Assembly: GCA_963833095.1 (NCBI GenBank) | Contig: CAWHWQ010000005.1 | Location: 320,001-384,000, forward strand | Reading direction: 5' to 3' | DNA from: Vulcanimicrobiota bacterium | GTDB lineage: Bacteria > Vulcanimicrobiota > Vulcanimicrobiia > Vulcanimicrobiales > Vulcanimicrobiaceae | Length of the DNA: 64,000 nucleotides | In this document: positions 9,727-19,284 of the stretch, piece by piece | How the letters are laid out: each line of letters begins with the position of its first letter | Position numbering within the stretch: the stretch's first letter is position 1 | Made by a program: the position numbers and the translations under genes | Notes under the pieces: generated by a model | Told to the model about the DNA's origin: nothing | What the model saw: the letters and a program-made list of their open reading frames with translations, nothing else | The model's database searches: none

Positions 9727-10946
9727 AACGCCGGTTCGCGCTCGCGCTTCTTGGACTGGCAGTCGCGGCCGCGCCGCGCGCGCTTCCCGTTGACCGCGCG
9801 GTCGGATCGATTGCCGCGGCTGCGCTTCCCTATCTTCCGGGCAGTACACTGTCGATTCGGGTCGACGGCTTCAGGCCGCCTTTCACACTCTTCGTCAGCG
9901 GCCCAGGAAGCGTCGACGGGAGTACCTATCGCGTTTCGACCGGCGGGAAGCAGAGCACGCTCATTGCATCCGGCGCGCACGGCCTGGCGGTGCGCACCAT
10001 TGCGATCGCGCCAACACCGGATCCGCGCCGCGCCTTTATCGCCGTTGCAAGCTACGACGACGGGATCGTTTTGCACGATTCCATGCCCCCATTTCGCGCG
10101 CGCGCGGCACTCGGAATCGGCGGCGCTCCCGGCGACGTTGCGATCGATCGCAACGGTGCAATTGCGACGACCGCAACCGATGGTGACAGCGCGACCATTG
10201 CTTCGCTTACCCCTTGGCAAGTTCGCCGCTTCACGGGCGTAGCGCTCGGCGATGAGCTCGACTTCGATTCGCGCAGTAACGCGCTCTTCGTTACCAACCG
10301 CGATATAGACGGCTTCGGAGCCCTCACCCGCATCGCAGCCGACGGCACGGTTTCTCACCGAGTCCTCGGGCTGACCGCCGAAGGCCTTGCCATCGACCCG
10401 AAGCGTGAGCGCGTCTATGTCGCGAACGTCAACGACGGTACCGTTTCCATAGTCGATGCAACGAGCATGGTTGAGTTACGTCGCTTTGCGGTTGTCGCGC
10501 GCGTCTTCTCACTCGCTCTCTCAGACGACGGATCGCGTCTGTTTGCAGTTTCGAATCAAAGCCTGGGATCGCCGTTTTCGGCCCCCGGCAGCGTTGTCGC
10601 CGTCGACGTCATTGCCGCTGTCCCGCACGTCACGGCCCGAAGTGAACCTCTGACGTTCCCGATCGGGATCGCGTTCGACGGCGCGCACCACCGCCTCTAC
10701 GTGACCGATGAAGATACGGATGCGGTCGACGTCCTTGATGCGCGCACGTTGCGCGCCGCGCACTCGCCGTTACGCACGTGCATAACGCCGTGGAAGCCTA
10801 CGGTCGATGGACATTGGCTCTTCGTGCCGTGCGCCGGAAGCGATCAGGTCGACGTCTTCGACACAGCAACGCTGCGGCGCGTGCCCGGAGCTCCATTTGC
10901 AACCGGCGGCTATCCGCTTTCGGTGGCCGTGTGGAATCCCACCTAA
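9723..10946 (+). CDS. Secreted YncE/YVTN-like beta-propeller protein
   Basis: TTG overlaps upstream stop; signal peptide; repeats RVYVANVNDGTVSIVD and RLYVTDEDTDAVDVLD. Confidence 0.8.
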   Translation: MKRRFALALLGLAVAAAPRALPVDRAVGSIAAAALPYLPGSTLSIRVDGFRPPFTLFVSGPGSVDGSTYRVSTGGKQSTLIASGAHGLAVRTIAIAPTPDPRRAFIAVASYDDGIVLHDSMPPFRARAALGIGGAPGDVAIDRNGAIATTATDGDSATIASLTPWQVRRFTGVALGDELDFDSRSNALFVTNRDIDGFGALTRIAADGTVSHRVLGLTAEGLAIDPKRERVYVANVNDGTVSIVDATSMVELRRFAVVARVFSLALSDDGSRLFAVSNQSLGSPFSAPGSVVAVDVIAAVPHVTARSEPLTFPIGIAFDGAHHRLYVTDEDTDAVDVLDARTLRAAHSPLRTCITPWKPTVDGHWLFVPCAGSDQVDVFDTATLRRVPGAPFATGGYPLSVAVWNPT

Positions 10947-10947
10947 A

Positions 10948-13026
10948 ATGCTCTTTCCTCTTCTCTTTGCGATTCTGCCGGTGCATCTCGATCCCGCGCC
11001 GCCGTTTCCGCGGATCGCCTTCGACGCGCCGACCATCCAGCGAGTCGCGCCCGGCGTCGAGTACGGCGAGTACGATCTTATAACCAGCGCCGGTCCGATT
11101 GTCGTTCACGCGATCGCGGTTGCACCGCAGACGCCGCAGATCGAACTGAACACCGTGCTTGCCTCCGACGCATTGCAGTCAACCGGCGAAACGGTTTCGT
11201 CGATGGCGCGGCGCACGGGCGCCATCGCCGGGATTAACGCCGATTACTTCGATATCGGAAACACCAATCGTCCAACCAACATCGTCGTGCGTCGCGGAGC
11301 GCTACTGAGCACTCCAACGAAGCGCTACGCACTCATGATCGGCAGTAACGACACTCCGCAAATCATCGAGATGACCTTTACGGGGACGCTGCAACTTGCC
11401 GATCGCACGGTGTCGCTCGACGCGGTCAACCGAATGTCCAACGATGGAACGTCGCTACTGACACCGGCATTTGGTTCGGTCGCACCGCATGACAACGTCA
11501 CCCTGCTGGCACTGACGCCGACCAGTGGAAATCCACCGTTTGCAACATATCGCGTCAGCGCTGTTCTCGACAACACGATCGCGCAGCCGCCTGGATACTA
11601 TCTTGTAATCGGCCTCGATGCATACGCGCAGGTGGGCGTGCCCAATCCCGGCGACGCGATTGCGGCGAGCGGCGATCTCGCGCCCTTCCCGCTCGCTAGT
11701 CTCACAGCGGCAGTTGGCGGTGGTCCGCTCATCTTGAGCGCTGGTTCGTGGATCGACGACCCCGATGGGCCCAGCGGTGGCGAATTTGCGCAACGCATTC
11801 CTTGCAGCGGCGCGGCGCTGAGCAGCGACGGCACCTTGTACCTTCTCGAGGTAGATGGGCGGCAACCCGAACTCTCCGTCGGCATCACGCGCCCGGAGTT
11901 TGCCGCATTGATGCGGGCGTTTGGTGGCGTACGCGGGATGGCTTTCGATGGTGGCGGGTCGTCTGAGTTGGTGGCACGCATACCGGGCGAGACGAACGCG
12001 TCACTCGTGACGATGCCCTCGGATGGACACGAGCGTAAAGTTGCCGACGGAATCTTCGTGTATGACACGGCTCCGCTTGGGCCCGCGTCGCAGCTTCTCG
12101 CCGCACAGCCGGCGGTTCGCGCGCTCCCCGGGGCAAGCGTGAGCGTGCATTTCGTCGGCGCCGACGCTGCGCAACACGTCGTTGCCCTTCCGCAGCCTAT
12201 CGACGTGCACGTCGAGCCGTCAACGCTGGGGACGTATCGCGATGGGACGTTCACCGCCGCGGAACCCGGCGAGGGCGCGCTCGTCGCACGTGCCGGCGCG
12301 CTGATTCAAAAAGTACCCGTGCACGTTGTCGCCGAGCCGGCGCGGCTCGCGATTCTTCCGCAGGTTCCAAGTGTTGCGCAGGGCGGGCGCCTGACGCTAC
12401 AAGCGCGCGCGTACGACGCGCAAGGGTATGCTCTTGCATTGCCCGCGCAACTGCCCTGGCGCGCACAGGGCGCATCGATCGACGCAAATGGAACGCTCGA
12501 CGCGGGAAACACGAACGTTCTTGTCTCGCTGCTTCTCGGCGACCATCTGGCAAACGCTCGTGTCACCGTCGGGTTTCACGACGCGGCCCTCGCCTTCACG
12601 CCTTCGTTTATGACCGCGCCACGCGGCGGCGATGGCGCTGCCGGGCCGAGTCCCGAGTGCGCGTCGTGCACCCAGCTTCGCTACTCGCTCGGGCCGCAGG
12701 AACGAGCGGCATACCTCGTCACCGACGTCACGCTACCACAAGATAGCGTCGGAATCGCGTTCGAGGTCTTCGACGACGGTGAGGGAGAGCAGCTTAAGCT
12801 CGCGCTGCGCAATGCGATTAACGAAGAAGTTCTACTCTCGGCAGGTGTCATGAATCATCCCGGTTGGCGGGCGGTAGAGGTGCGGCTGCCATCCGGGCTC
12901 GCGCAACCAGCGCGCCTCGTCGCGATCTACGTCATCGGATCGAGCGCTTCGGCTTTGCTGCGCGGCAACATTTCGGTAAGGAATCTTCACGCTGTTGTAG
13001 CAGGCCAGGAGTCGAGTCGACCCTAA
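10948..13026 (+). CDS. Phosphodiester glycosidase family (NAGPA/DUF2233-like) secreted protein
   Basis: AIAGINADYF, AVGGGPLIL, VDGRQ and FDGGGSS motifs, then Ig-like/CBM-like region. Confidence 0.85.
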   Translation: MLFPLLFAILPVHLDPAPPFPRIAFDAPTIQRVAPGVEYGEYDLITSAGPIVVHAIAVAPQTPQIELNTVLASDALQSTGETVSSMARRTGAIAGINADYFDIGNTNRPTNIVVRRGALLSTPTKRYALMIGSNDTPQIIEMTFTGTLQLADRTVSLDAVNRMSNDGTSLLTPAFGSVAPHDNVTLLALTPTSGNPPFATYRVSAVLDNTIAQPPGYYLVIGLDAYAQVGVPNPGDAIAASGDLAPFPLASLTAAVGGGPLILSAGSWIDDPDGPSGGEFAQRIPCSGAALSSDGTLYLLEVDGRQPELSVGITRPEFAALMRAFGGVRGMAFDGGGSSELVARIPGETNASLVTMPSDGHERKVADGIFVYDTAPLGPASQLLAAQPAVRALPGASVSVHFVGADAAQHVVALPQPIDVHVEPSTLGTYRDGTFTAAEPGEGALVARAGALIQKVPVHVVAEPARLAILPQVPSVAQGGRLTLQARAYDAQGYALALPAQLPWRAQGASIDANGTLDAGNTNVLVSLLLGDHLANARVTVGFHDAALAFTPSFMTAPRGGDGAAGPSPECASCTQLRYSLGPQERAAYLVTDVTLPQDSVGIAFEVFDDGEGEQLKLALRNAINEEVLLSAGVMNHPGWRAVEVRLPSGLAQPARLVAIYVIGSSASALLRGNISVRNLHAVVAGQESSRP

Positions 13027-13036
13027 AACCGAGTCC

Positions 13037-14485
13037 ATGGGGTTTGAGGCTCTTGGTCGCCGGGCGCTTGACACGGCGAGCACTCGTGGTGCCCATTACG
13101 CCGACATTCGTTTCGAAAACGTGCACGGTGAACGCATCGAGGTGCGTAATGGTGTCGTGGCGTCACTCGCCGACGGGCAGAGTTGCGGCTACGGGATTCG
13201 CGCGCTCATTGACGGTGCCTGGGGATTCGCCGCGAGCAGTGACCTTTCCGATTCCGGCGTCGATCGGACCGCGGCTCGCGCGGTCGCGATCGCGCGAGCC
13301 AGCGCAGCGATAGCGCGCGAACGCTTCGGCGAGGCTCCGCTCCATGCGTACATCGATCGCTATCATACCCCGATCGTGCGCGATCCGCGCAAGGTCCCGC
13401 TCGGCGAACGCGTTGCGCTTCTCCTCGAAGCCGAGAAACTCGTTCATGCCGGCGAGCGTATCGCCGTCGGACGCGCGTGGCTGGACTTGTGGCGAACCGA
13501 GAAGTTCTTTTATAGCACCATCGGATCCGCGATCGAGCAAACGATCGTGCAGACGGGAAGCGGTGTGCAAGCGATGGCGGTCGGTGACGGCGACGTTCAG
13601 ACGCGCGCCTTTCCCGGCGACATCGGCCTTTACAAGTCGGGCGGTTGGGAGATCGTCGAGGAAGCAGCGCTCACGCAAAACGCGCAGCGCATCGGCGAGG
13701 AAGCCGCCGCGCTGCTTAGCGCTCCACAATGTCCAAGCGGCACCTTCGATATCATCCTCGGCGGCTCGCAGGTTTCGCTGCAGATTCACGAATCATGCGG
13801 CCATCCAGCCGAACTGGATCGCGTGATGGGATGGGAAGCCAATTTTTCCGGCACGAGTTTTCTCGAGGTTTCGCAACTCGACAAGCTGCGGTACGGATCC
13901 CCGGCCGTCACGATCGTGGTCGACAACAACCTGCCCTCAGGGATGGCGACATGCGGCTACGATGACGAGGGAACCAAATCCGGCACCTCGGACGTCGTGC
14001 GCGACGGCGTGCTGCGCGGATACGAGATGAGCAACGATACGGCGCGTGCGATCGGACGCACCAGCAACGCGTGCGTGCGGGCCCAGAGCTGGGAGTTCGT
14101 GCCCATGATCCGCATGTGCAACCTGAACCTTCTGCCGGGCGACGTCCCGTTCGAGGGGCTCTTCGACGGGGTGCGCGACGGTATTTATATGGAAGGCAAT
14201 CGGTCATGGTCGATCGACGATCGGCGCTTGAACTTCCAATTCGGTTGCCAAATCGGCTGGGAGATCAAGAACGGAAAGCGCGGCCGCATGCTCAAGAATC
14301 CCACGTACGCGGGCGTCACTCCGCAATTTTGGAACGCGTGCGACGCGATCGCTGACGTGGCGTCATGGAACGCGTGGGGGACGCCGAACTGCGGCAAGGG
14401 TGAACCGATGCAGTCCGGGCGCACAACGCAAGCCGCCTCGCCGGCGCGTTTTCGACAGGTGAGCGTCGGAGTCGGTTACCAGTGA
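13037..14485 (+). CDS. tldD: TldD family metalloprotease
   Basis: HESCGH (HExxxH), YDDEG, PMIRMCN, CGKGEP. Confidence 0.9.
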   Translation: MGFEALGRRALDTASTRGAHYADIRFENVHGERIEVRNGVVASLADGQSCGYGIRALIDGAWGFAASSDLSDSGVDRTAARAVAIARASAAIARERFGEAPLHAYIDRYHTPIVRDPRKVPLGERVALLLEAEKLVHAGERIAVGRAWLDLWRTEKFFYSTIGSAIEQTIVQTGSGVQAMAVGDGDVQTRAFPGDIGLYKSGGWEIVEEAALTQNAQRIGEEAAALLSAPQCPSGTFDIILGGSQVSLQIHESCGHPAELDRVMGWEANFSGTSFLEVSQLDKLRYGSPAVTIVVDNNLPSGMATCGYDDEGTKSGTSDVVRDGVLRGYEMSNDTARAIGRTSNACVRAQSWEFVPMIRMCNLNLLPGDVPFEGLFDGVRDGIYMEGNRSWSIDDRRLNFQFGCQIGWEIKNGKRGRMLKNPTYAGVTPQFWNACDAIADVASWNAWGTPNCGKGEPMQSGRTTQAASPARFRQVSVGVGYQ

Positions 14486-15813
14486 AAGCGCCGGAGCGGG
14501 AGGCGATCGCGCGGCGCGCAGTGGAACGCTCGCGCGCGGATCAGACCGAGGTCCGCATCAGTTGCAGCGACGAGTCGCTCACCCGCTTCACGCGCGGCAT
14601 CTCGAACCAAAACGTCGCAGCCGAGGATGTGACGATTTCGATTCGAGCGATCGTCGACGGACGTACCGGCGTCGCGACCTCCAACGACACTAGCGATGCG
14701 GCGGTCGACGCGTTGCTCGCGCAAGCGCTCGACATGGCCTCGTTCGCGCCCAGCGACCCGCTCGTGCCAGTGTTGCCGGAGGGCGGTCCGGCCCAAGCGC
14801 CGGCCGGATGTTACGTCGAGGCGACGGCGACGTGCGACCCGGCAACTCGAGGAACGATCGCGGACGCCATTTTGACGCGAGTGGAGCACGAGCGTTATTG
14901 GTGCGCAGGATACGTGTCCACTTCGAGCGGCGGGACGACAATCGCCAACTCTTCCGGTGCGCTTGCCTCGTTCGACGGCACCGACGCACAGGTCAACGTC
15001 AAGGCGACGGCCCCGGACTCGACCGGCTTTGCCGAGCATTACACCGTCGACGTACGAGAGCTCGACGGGAGCGGAGTCGGTGCGCAAGCGGTAGAGCTCG
15101 CGCGGGCAAGCGCGCAACCGCGCGCGGTCGAGCCTGGACCATGGACGGTGATCTTAGAGCCACCGGCCTTCGGCGAGCTTCTGACCTATCTGCTCGCGCA
15201 TTTTTCGGCCCAAAATTTCAGCGACGGCTCGTCATTCTGCTCCGATGGACTCGATCGCAAATACTTTGACGAACGCGTTACGATGGCTGACGACTTCAGC
15301 CATCCGCTTGCACCGGCGATGCCATTCGATTACGAGGGACAGCCGAAGTCAAAAGTCGCGCTCGTCGTGGCCGGCGTGGTGCGTAACGTCGTGACCGACA
15401 GCTACTATGCAAAAAAGCTTGGCCGGCCCGACACCGGTCATGCGCTTCCCGCACCCAACGCATACGGTCCCCAGCCGCTCAACGTCGTCGTTGCGCCGGG
15501 GACGCAAAGCACGCAAGACCTGATTGCAGGTACGAAGCGCGGGCTCTTGATTTCGCGCTTCTGGTACATTCGCACGGTCGATCAAAAACGCGCGATCGTG
15601 ACCGGGATGACGCGCGACGGCACGTTCTTGATCGAAAACGGCAAGATTGCGGGCGGCGTGCGCAACATGCGCTTCAATCAAAGTATCGTCGAGGCCCTCG
15701 GCTCGGTTGAATTCTCAAACGCGCAAAAGCGCACGGGATCCTACGCGGGATCACTGGTCGTCCCGACCGCGAAGATCGACCGCTTCACCTTTACTAGCAC
15801 AACCGACTTTTAA
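14482..15813 (+). CDS. pmbA: TldE/PmbA family protein
   Basis: Overlaps tldD stop; PFDYEG, TGHA, TGMTRDG; no HExxxH. Confidence 0.85.
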   Translation: MKAPEREAIARRAVERSRADQTEVRISCSDESLTRFTRGISNQNVAAEDVTISIRAIVDGRTGVATSNDTSDAAVDALLAQALDMASFAPSDPLVPVLPEGGPAQAPAGCYVEATATCDPATRGTIADAILTRVEHERYWCAGYVSTSSGGTTIANSSGALASFDGTDAQVNVKATAPDSTGFAEHYTVDVRELDGSGVGAQAVELARASAQPRAVEPGPWTVILEPPAFGELLTYLLAHFSAQNFSDGSSFCSDGLDRKYFDERVTMADDFSHPLAPAMPFDYEGQPKSKVALVVAGVVRNVVTDSYYAKKLGRPDTGHALPAPNAYGPQPLNVVVAPGTQSTQDLIAGTKRGLLISRFWYIRTVDQKRAIVTGMTRDGTFLIENGKIAGGVRNMRFNQSIVEALGSVEFSNAQKRTGSYAGSLVVPTAKIDRFTFTSTTDF

Positions 15814-15843
15814 CGGCCCTTCGGGCCGATCCGCAGATTTTCT

Positions 15844-16578
15844 CTACCGCCCTCCCGCTGCCAGGGCTGCCTTCATCAGTGTGGCGCGGAGTTTGCCGTC
15901 TTCGAGTTCGAACAATCCACGGATCGTGCGTCCTCCCGGCGTCGTTACCTCATGTTTGAGCGCGCCCGGATGGGTTTCGCTCTCCAATACAAGGCGTCCC
16001 GAGCCAAGCACGGTTTGCGCGACCAATACGCGCGCCTGTTCGTACGGAATGCCAAGCGCGATCGCAGCATCGATCAGTGCTTCGATCACAACAAAGATGA
16101 AAGCCGGTCCGCATCCGCTAATCGCGGTAACCGCGTCCATCAACGATTCGTCGAGCACGAGCGTACGGCCGAAGGTATCGAACAGCCCTCGCGTTTGCTC
16201 CAGCGCTTCTTCGTTGCTCTCGCGGGCGCGTGCGAGCACCGTCATCGCAGACGAGACGCGCGCGGGCGTATTCGGCATCACTCGCACGATCCGCGCTCGA
16301 TTCGCCGTCCAGTCGCGCAGCGATCCGGTCTCGACCGCCGCGACCGCCGAAACGAGGATCTGATCTTCGCGTAGCACCGGTGCGATCTGCGTGCAGACCT
16401 CGGCGGCGTCGCGCGGCTTCACGCAGACCACGACGATGTCGCTTCCCGCTGCAACGGCGCAGTTACGTAGCGCCGACGCGCGCGTGGTCGAGTCGATCTC
16501 GCGCACTTGTGGATTGCGCTCGAAGCCCCGCTGCAGCGCACCCCCAAGCGTTCCACGACCGATGATGCCGATCCGCAT
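15844..16578 (-). CDS. proC: Pyrroline-5-carboxylate reductase
   Basis: GIIGRGTLG, CVKP, RVMPNTP, SGCGPAF, VTTPGGRT; GAGGG SD. Confidence 0.95.
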   Translation of the reverse strand: MRIGIIGRGTLGGALQRGFERNPQVREIDSTTRASALRNCAVAAGSDIVVVCVKPRDAAEVCTQIAPVLREDQILVSAVAAVETGSLRDWTANRARIVRVMPNTPARVSSAMTVLARARESNEEALEQTRGLFDTFGRTLVLDESLMDAVTAISGCGPAFIFVVIEALIDAAIALGIPYEQARVLVAQTVLGSGRLVLESETHPGALKHEVTTPGGRTIRGLFELEDGKLRATLMKAALAAGGR

Positions 16579-16594
16579 GTTTCCCTCAATTAAT

Positions 16595-16633
16595 AAAAAA
16601 GACGAACCGCCCCGGTAACCGGAGCGGTTCGTC
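16595..16633 (-). terminator. Intrinsic terminator (attenuator) in the proC leader
   Basis: Minus strand GACGAACCGCTCCGG-TTA-CCGGGGCGGTTCGTC-TTTTTT, ending about 16 nt before the proC ATG. Confidence 0.85.
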
Positions 16634-16656
16634 GCAAAGTGCTTTGACGACGCGCG

Positions 16657-16719
16657 CTACCGAACCGGCATCTCCTGATGCGGCTGCGGCGGGCACGGCG
16701 GGATGTGCACGTACGTCAT
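16657..16719 (-). CDS. Putative proline-rich leader peptide MTYVHIPPCPPQPHQEMPVR (20 aa)
   Basis: ATG..TAG; 6 of 20 codons are CCG (Pro); lies between a promoter and the terminator upstream of proC. Confidence 0.75.
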   Translation of the reverse strand: MTYVHIPPCPPQPHQEMPVR

Positions 16720-16728
16720 TGTCCGGCG

Positions 16729-16758
16729 ATCTTACCCTGCCGCGCGCCTGCGCGTCAA
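16729..16758 (-). promoter_or_regulatory. Sigma70-type promoter for the proC leader
   Basis: TTGACG (16758-16753), 18-nt spacer, TAAGAT (16734-16729); 9 nt to the leader ATG. Confidence 0.7.
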
Positions 16759-17556
16759 GAGCACTCCAATGAATAAGGCGAGAAACCCCGCAGCAACGAC
16801 CGCCAGATCGGGAATCGACACCACCTCGATCGCCGGATAGGAAAGGACGCTGGCGCGCAATCTCAATCCGCCCAAGAGCACCGCTTGGCCGTCAGGCGCG
16901 ACGCCGATACCGTGCCGAACCGGCGCTCCGGTCTCGTCCTCGAGATCGAAGAGAACAACCGGTCCATGGATCGTCGACAGCGCCGGGATTGACGCCGCTT
17001 GTGCCGCCGAAAATAGTACCGCCTTGACAACGCGGTGTGCCGCTGGAACTGCAAACGTATCATATGGTAACGAGAAACCTGCGATCGTCTGCGTGTTTTC
17101 CATCAGTAGCACCGGTGAGAGGAAGGCGCTCCCAGTCGGCTGCGTGATCGTCAAATGCGCGCCGCGCTGATCGAAGGCCTCGACGCCAAGCACGGTGCGC
17201 GGCACGCTGCGCAGCAACGCCGTGGCGGTGTAGCGCCACGCGGCGATCGGCTGCGCATGCAACGGCGGAAATCTCATCGCTCCGCCAGCTTCGTCGACCT
17301 TCAAACTCGTGCCGGGAGCACCGATAACCGTCCGCGTATCCGGACCGAGCAGCCCGCTCGCTATCCCGGCGAACGCGATTGCACCAACGCCAAACGCGAC
17401 CAACGGGGCGCGGCGCATGCCCGCGATCGCCCACATCGCAAGGGCGGCAAGTCCTACGTTGTACCATCCTGCGTGATAGACTGCGCGTCCGGGCAGAACC
17501 ACCTCAAACACGACCGCGAGCACAACGAGCGCCGCGAGGAGCGTTGCGCTCCTCAC
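16732..17556 (-). CDS. Membrane protein, possibly a short ResB-like cytochrome c biogenesis protein
   Basis: C-terminal part of ORF 16732..18474; GTG start overlaps the upstream TGA; three N-terminal TMs, soluble domain, C-terminal TM; adjacent to a ResA/TlpA gene. Confidence 0.55.
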   Translation of the reverse strand: MRSATLLAALVVLAVVFEVVLPGRAVYHAGWYNVGLAALAMWAIAGMRRAPLVAFGVGAIAFAGIASGLLGPDTRTVIGAPGTSLKVDEAGGAMRFPPLHAQPIAAWRYTATALLRSVPRTVLGVEAFDQRGAHLTITQPTGSAFLSPVLLMENTQTIAGFSLPYDTFAVPAAHRVVKAVLFSAAQAASIPALSTIHGPVVLFDLEDETGAPVRHGIGVAPDGQAVLLGGLRLRASVLSYPAIEVVSIPDLAVVAAGFLALFIGVLLTRRRAAG

Positions 17557-18087
17557 GTAGCGCGCACGGCTTGACCGATCGCCGAACGCATCTGTTCGAT
17601 GGTAAGCGGCCCATCGAATCCGCGCTCGACGATACCACGCCGGTCGATCACCACCGTCGTCGGCAATCCCAAGCGCCGAAAAGACCCGTCCATATTGCTG
17701 GGCATCGTCGATCCAAATCGGGAACACGATACCGAGCGAACGCGCGAACGCCGCAGCGCGCGCCGCCGATTCGCCCTGATTCACGCCGACGACCGCCACG
17801 CCGTCTTTCGCGTACTCGCGCGCGACGGTTTGCAGATCCGGCATCTCGGCACGGCAAGGCGGACACCACGAGGCCCATAGATTCATCACGACGATTTTGC
17901 CGCGATACTGCGTCAGCGAGACCGGCGACGCCGCGATCGTCGCGAAGCGCAAAGACGGGAGCGGATCGCCCGACCAATCCAGCGGGACCCGGCCGGGCGC
18001 GCCCCGGGCGCGAAACAGCGGGACAATATGAGCAGCCGCGACCGCGATCGCCGCGAACGACAGCAGCCAACGGGCGCGCGGACTCAC
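17553..18087 (-). CDS. TlpA/ResA-like thiol-disulfide oxidoreductase; apparent frameshift near 17670
   Basis: NLWASWCPPCRAEMP; continues in a shifted frame as LPTTVVIDRRGIV...VRAT*. Confidence 0.85.
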
Positions 18088-18368
18088 CAATCGCCCATCC
18101 GATCTTCGTCGACTTCGCCTTCGAAGACGACCGTTCCGCTGGGCAAAACCGCCGCGAAAAACGGCATGTCGCGAAAGCGAACCTCGCGCTGCCGCGCCGC
18201 TTCGTCGCCGAGACTCGAAGAGCCGGCAGTAGCGATCCAGCACGTCGGGGCTGCAGCGCGCCACGTGCGGCGCGACGTTATAGGTCTCGACGAAACTTTC
18301 GTACGCGCGCTCGAACTCACGGCCCCAAAGCGGGCTTCGAGAACGATCTCGCGTCGGACGCGTTCCAG
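18084..18368 (-). CDS. Small hypothetical protein with two apparent frameshifts
   Basis: GAGGAGG upstream; segments join as ERVRREIVLEARFG-REFERAYESFVETY...YCRLFE-LGDEAARQ...EDRMGDW; start uncertain. Confidence 0.45.
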   Translation of the reverse strand: MERVRREIVLEARFGAVSSSARTKVSSRPITSRRTWRAAAPTCWIATAGSSSLGDEAARQREVRFRDMPFFAAVLPSGTVVFEGEVDEDRMGDW

Positions 18369-18403
18369 GGATGCCTCCTCGGTTACGGAGAAATCGCGAC
18401 GGC

Positions 18404-19273
18404 GTGCCCGCCCGAATACTCGACGGAAAAGCTCTTGCCGCCGAATTGCGCACGGAACTGCTCGCGCGTACCAATGCGCTGCGGGATGCCGGTATTCATC
18501 CCAAGCTGGTCATCGTTTTCGTGGGTGAAAACGAGTCGAGCGTCGCCTACGTCAGAAATCTGGTCAAAACGGCCGAGCGCGTCGGGATCGCGGTCGACGT
18601 CGACCGCCTGCCCGAGCTGCGACCGCGGCCGAGGTGCGCGCACGGCTCGAGCGGCTGCATGACGACCGTTCGGTCCACGGCGTCATGCTCCAGCAGCCGC
18701 TCCCGCCGCATCTTTCGATCCGCGAGATCGCCGACGCGATCCCGGCGCACAAAGACGTCGACGGCACGCATCCGATGAATCAGGGACACCTCGCGTTCGG
18801 CAGCGGCACCGAATACGTGCCCGCGACGCCGGCCGCGGTTATGCTGCTGCTCGAACGCAGCCCGCATTGGCCGCTGCGCGGCCGTCGCGCCGTGATGATC
18901 GGCCGATCGATCGTCGTCGGCGCACCGGTCGCGATGCTGATGCTCGCCCAGGACGCGACCGTCACCGTCCTGCACAAAGAGACGCGCGAGATGCGCCGTG
19001 ACGTAAAGAACGCGGAGATCGTCGTCGTCGCGACCGGCGTGCCGGGACTGATCACCGGCGACGACATCATGCCCGGCGCAACAGTCATCGACGTCGGCAC
19101 GACGGTCGTCGACGGCGTGCTCAAAGGCGACGTCGATTTCGAAAGCGCGGTAAAAGTCGCCGGCGCGATCACGCCGGTTCCCGGCGGCGTCGGCCCGGTC
19201 ACCAACGTCGCGCTGCTGCGCAACGTCGTCAAGAGCGCCGAAAAGATGGGCCTCTCCGCTTCGCTCGCGCTAA
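18404..19273 (+). CDS. folD: Bifunctional methylenetetrahydrofolate dehydrogenase/cyclohydrolase; apparent frameshift near 18620, 3' end uncertain
   Basis: ARILDGKALA...SVAYV in one frame; HKDVDG, PATP, GRSIVVG, IDVG and TPVPGGVGPVT in the next. Confidence 0.9.
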
Positions 19274-19284
19274 CGGCTGCTAGT

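Noticed and set aside
13037..15813. tldD/tldE as part of a RiPP cluster
   Set aside because: No precursor peptide, YcaO or other modifying enzyme nearby.
16732..18474. 580-aa ORF suggesting a thioredoxin-membrane protein fusion
   Set aside because: Produced by frameshifts; the thioredoxin C-terminus and stop lie in another frame and the membrane gene has its own GTG start.
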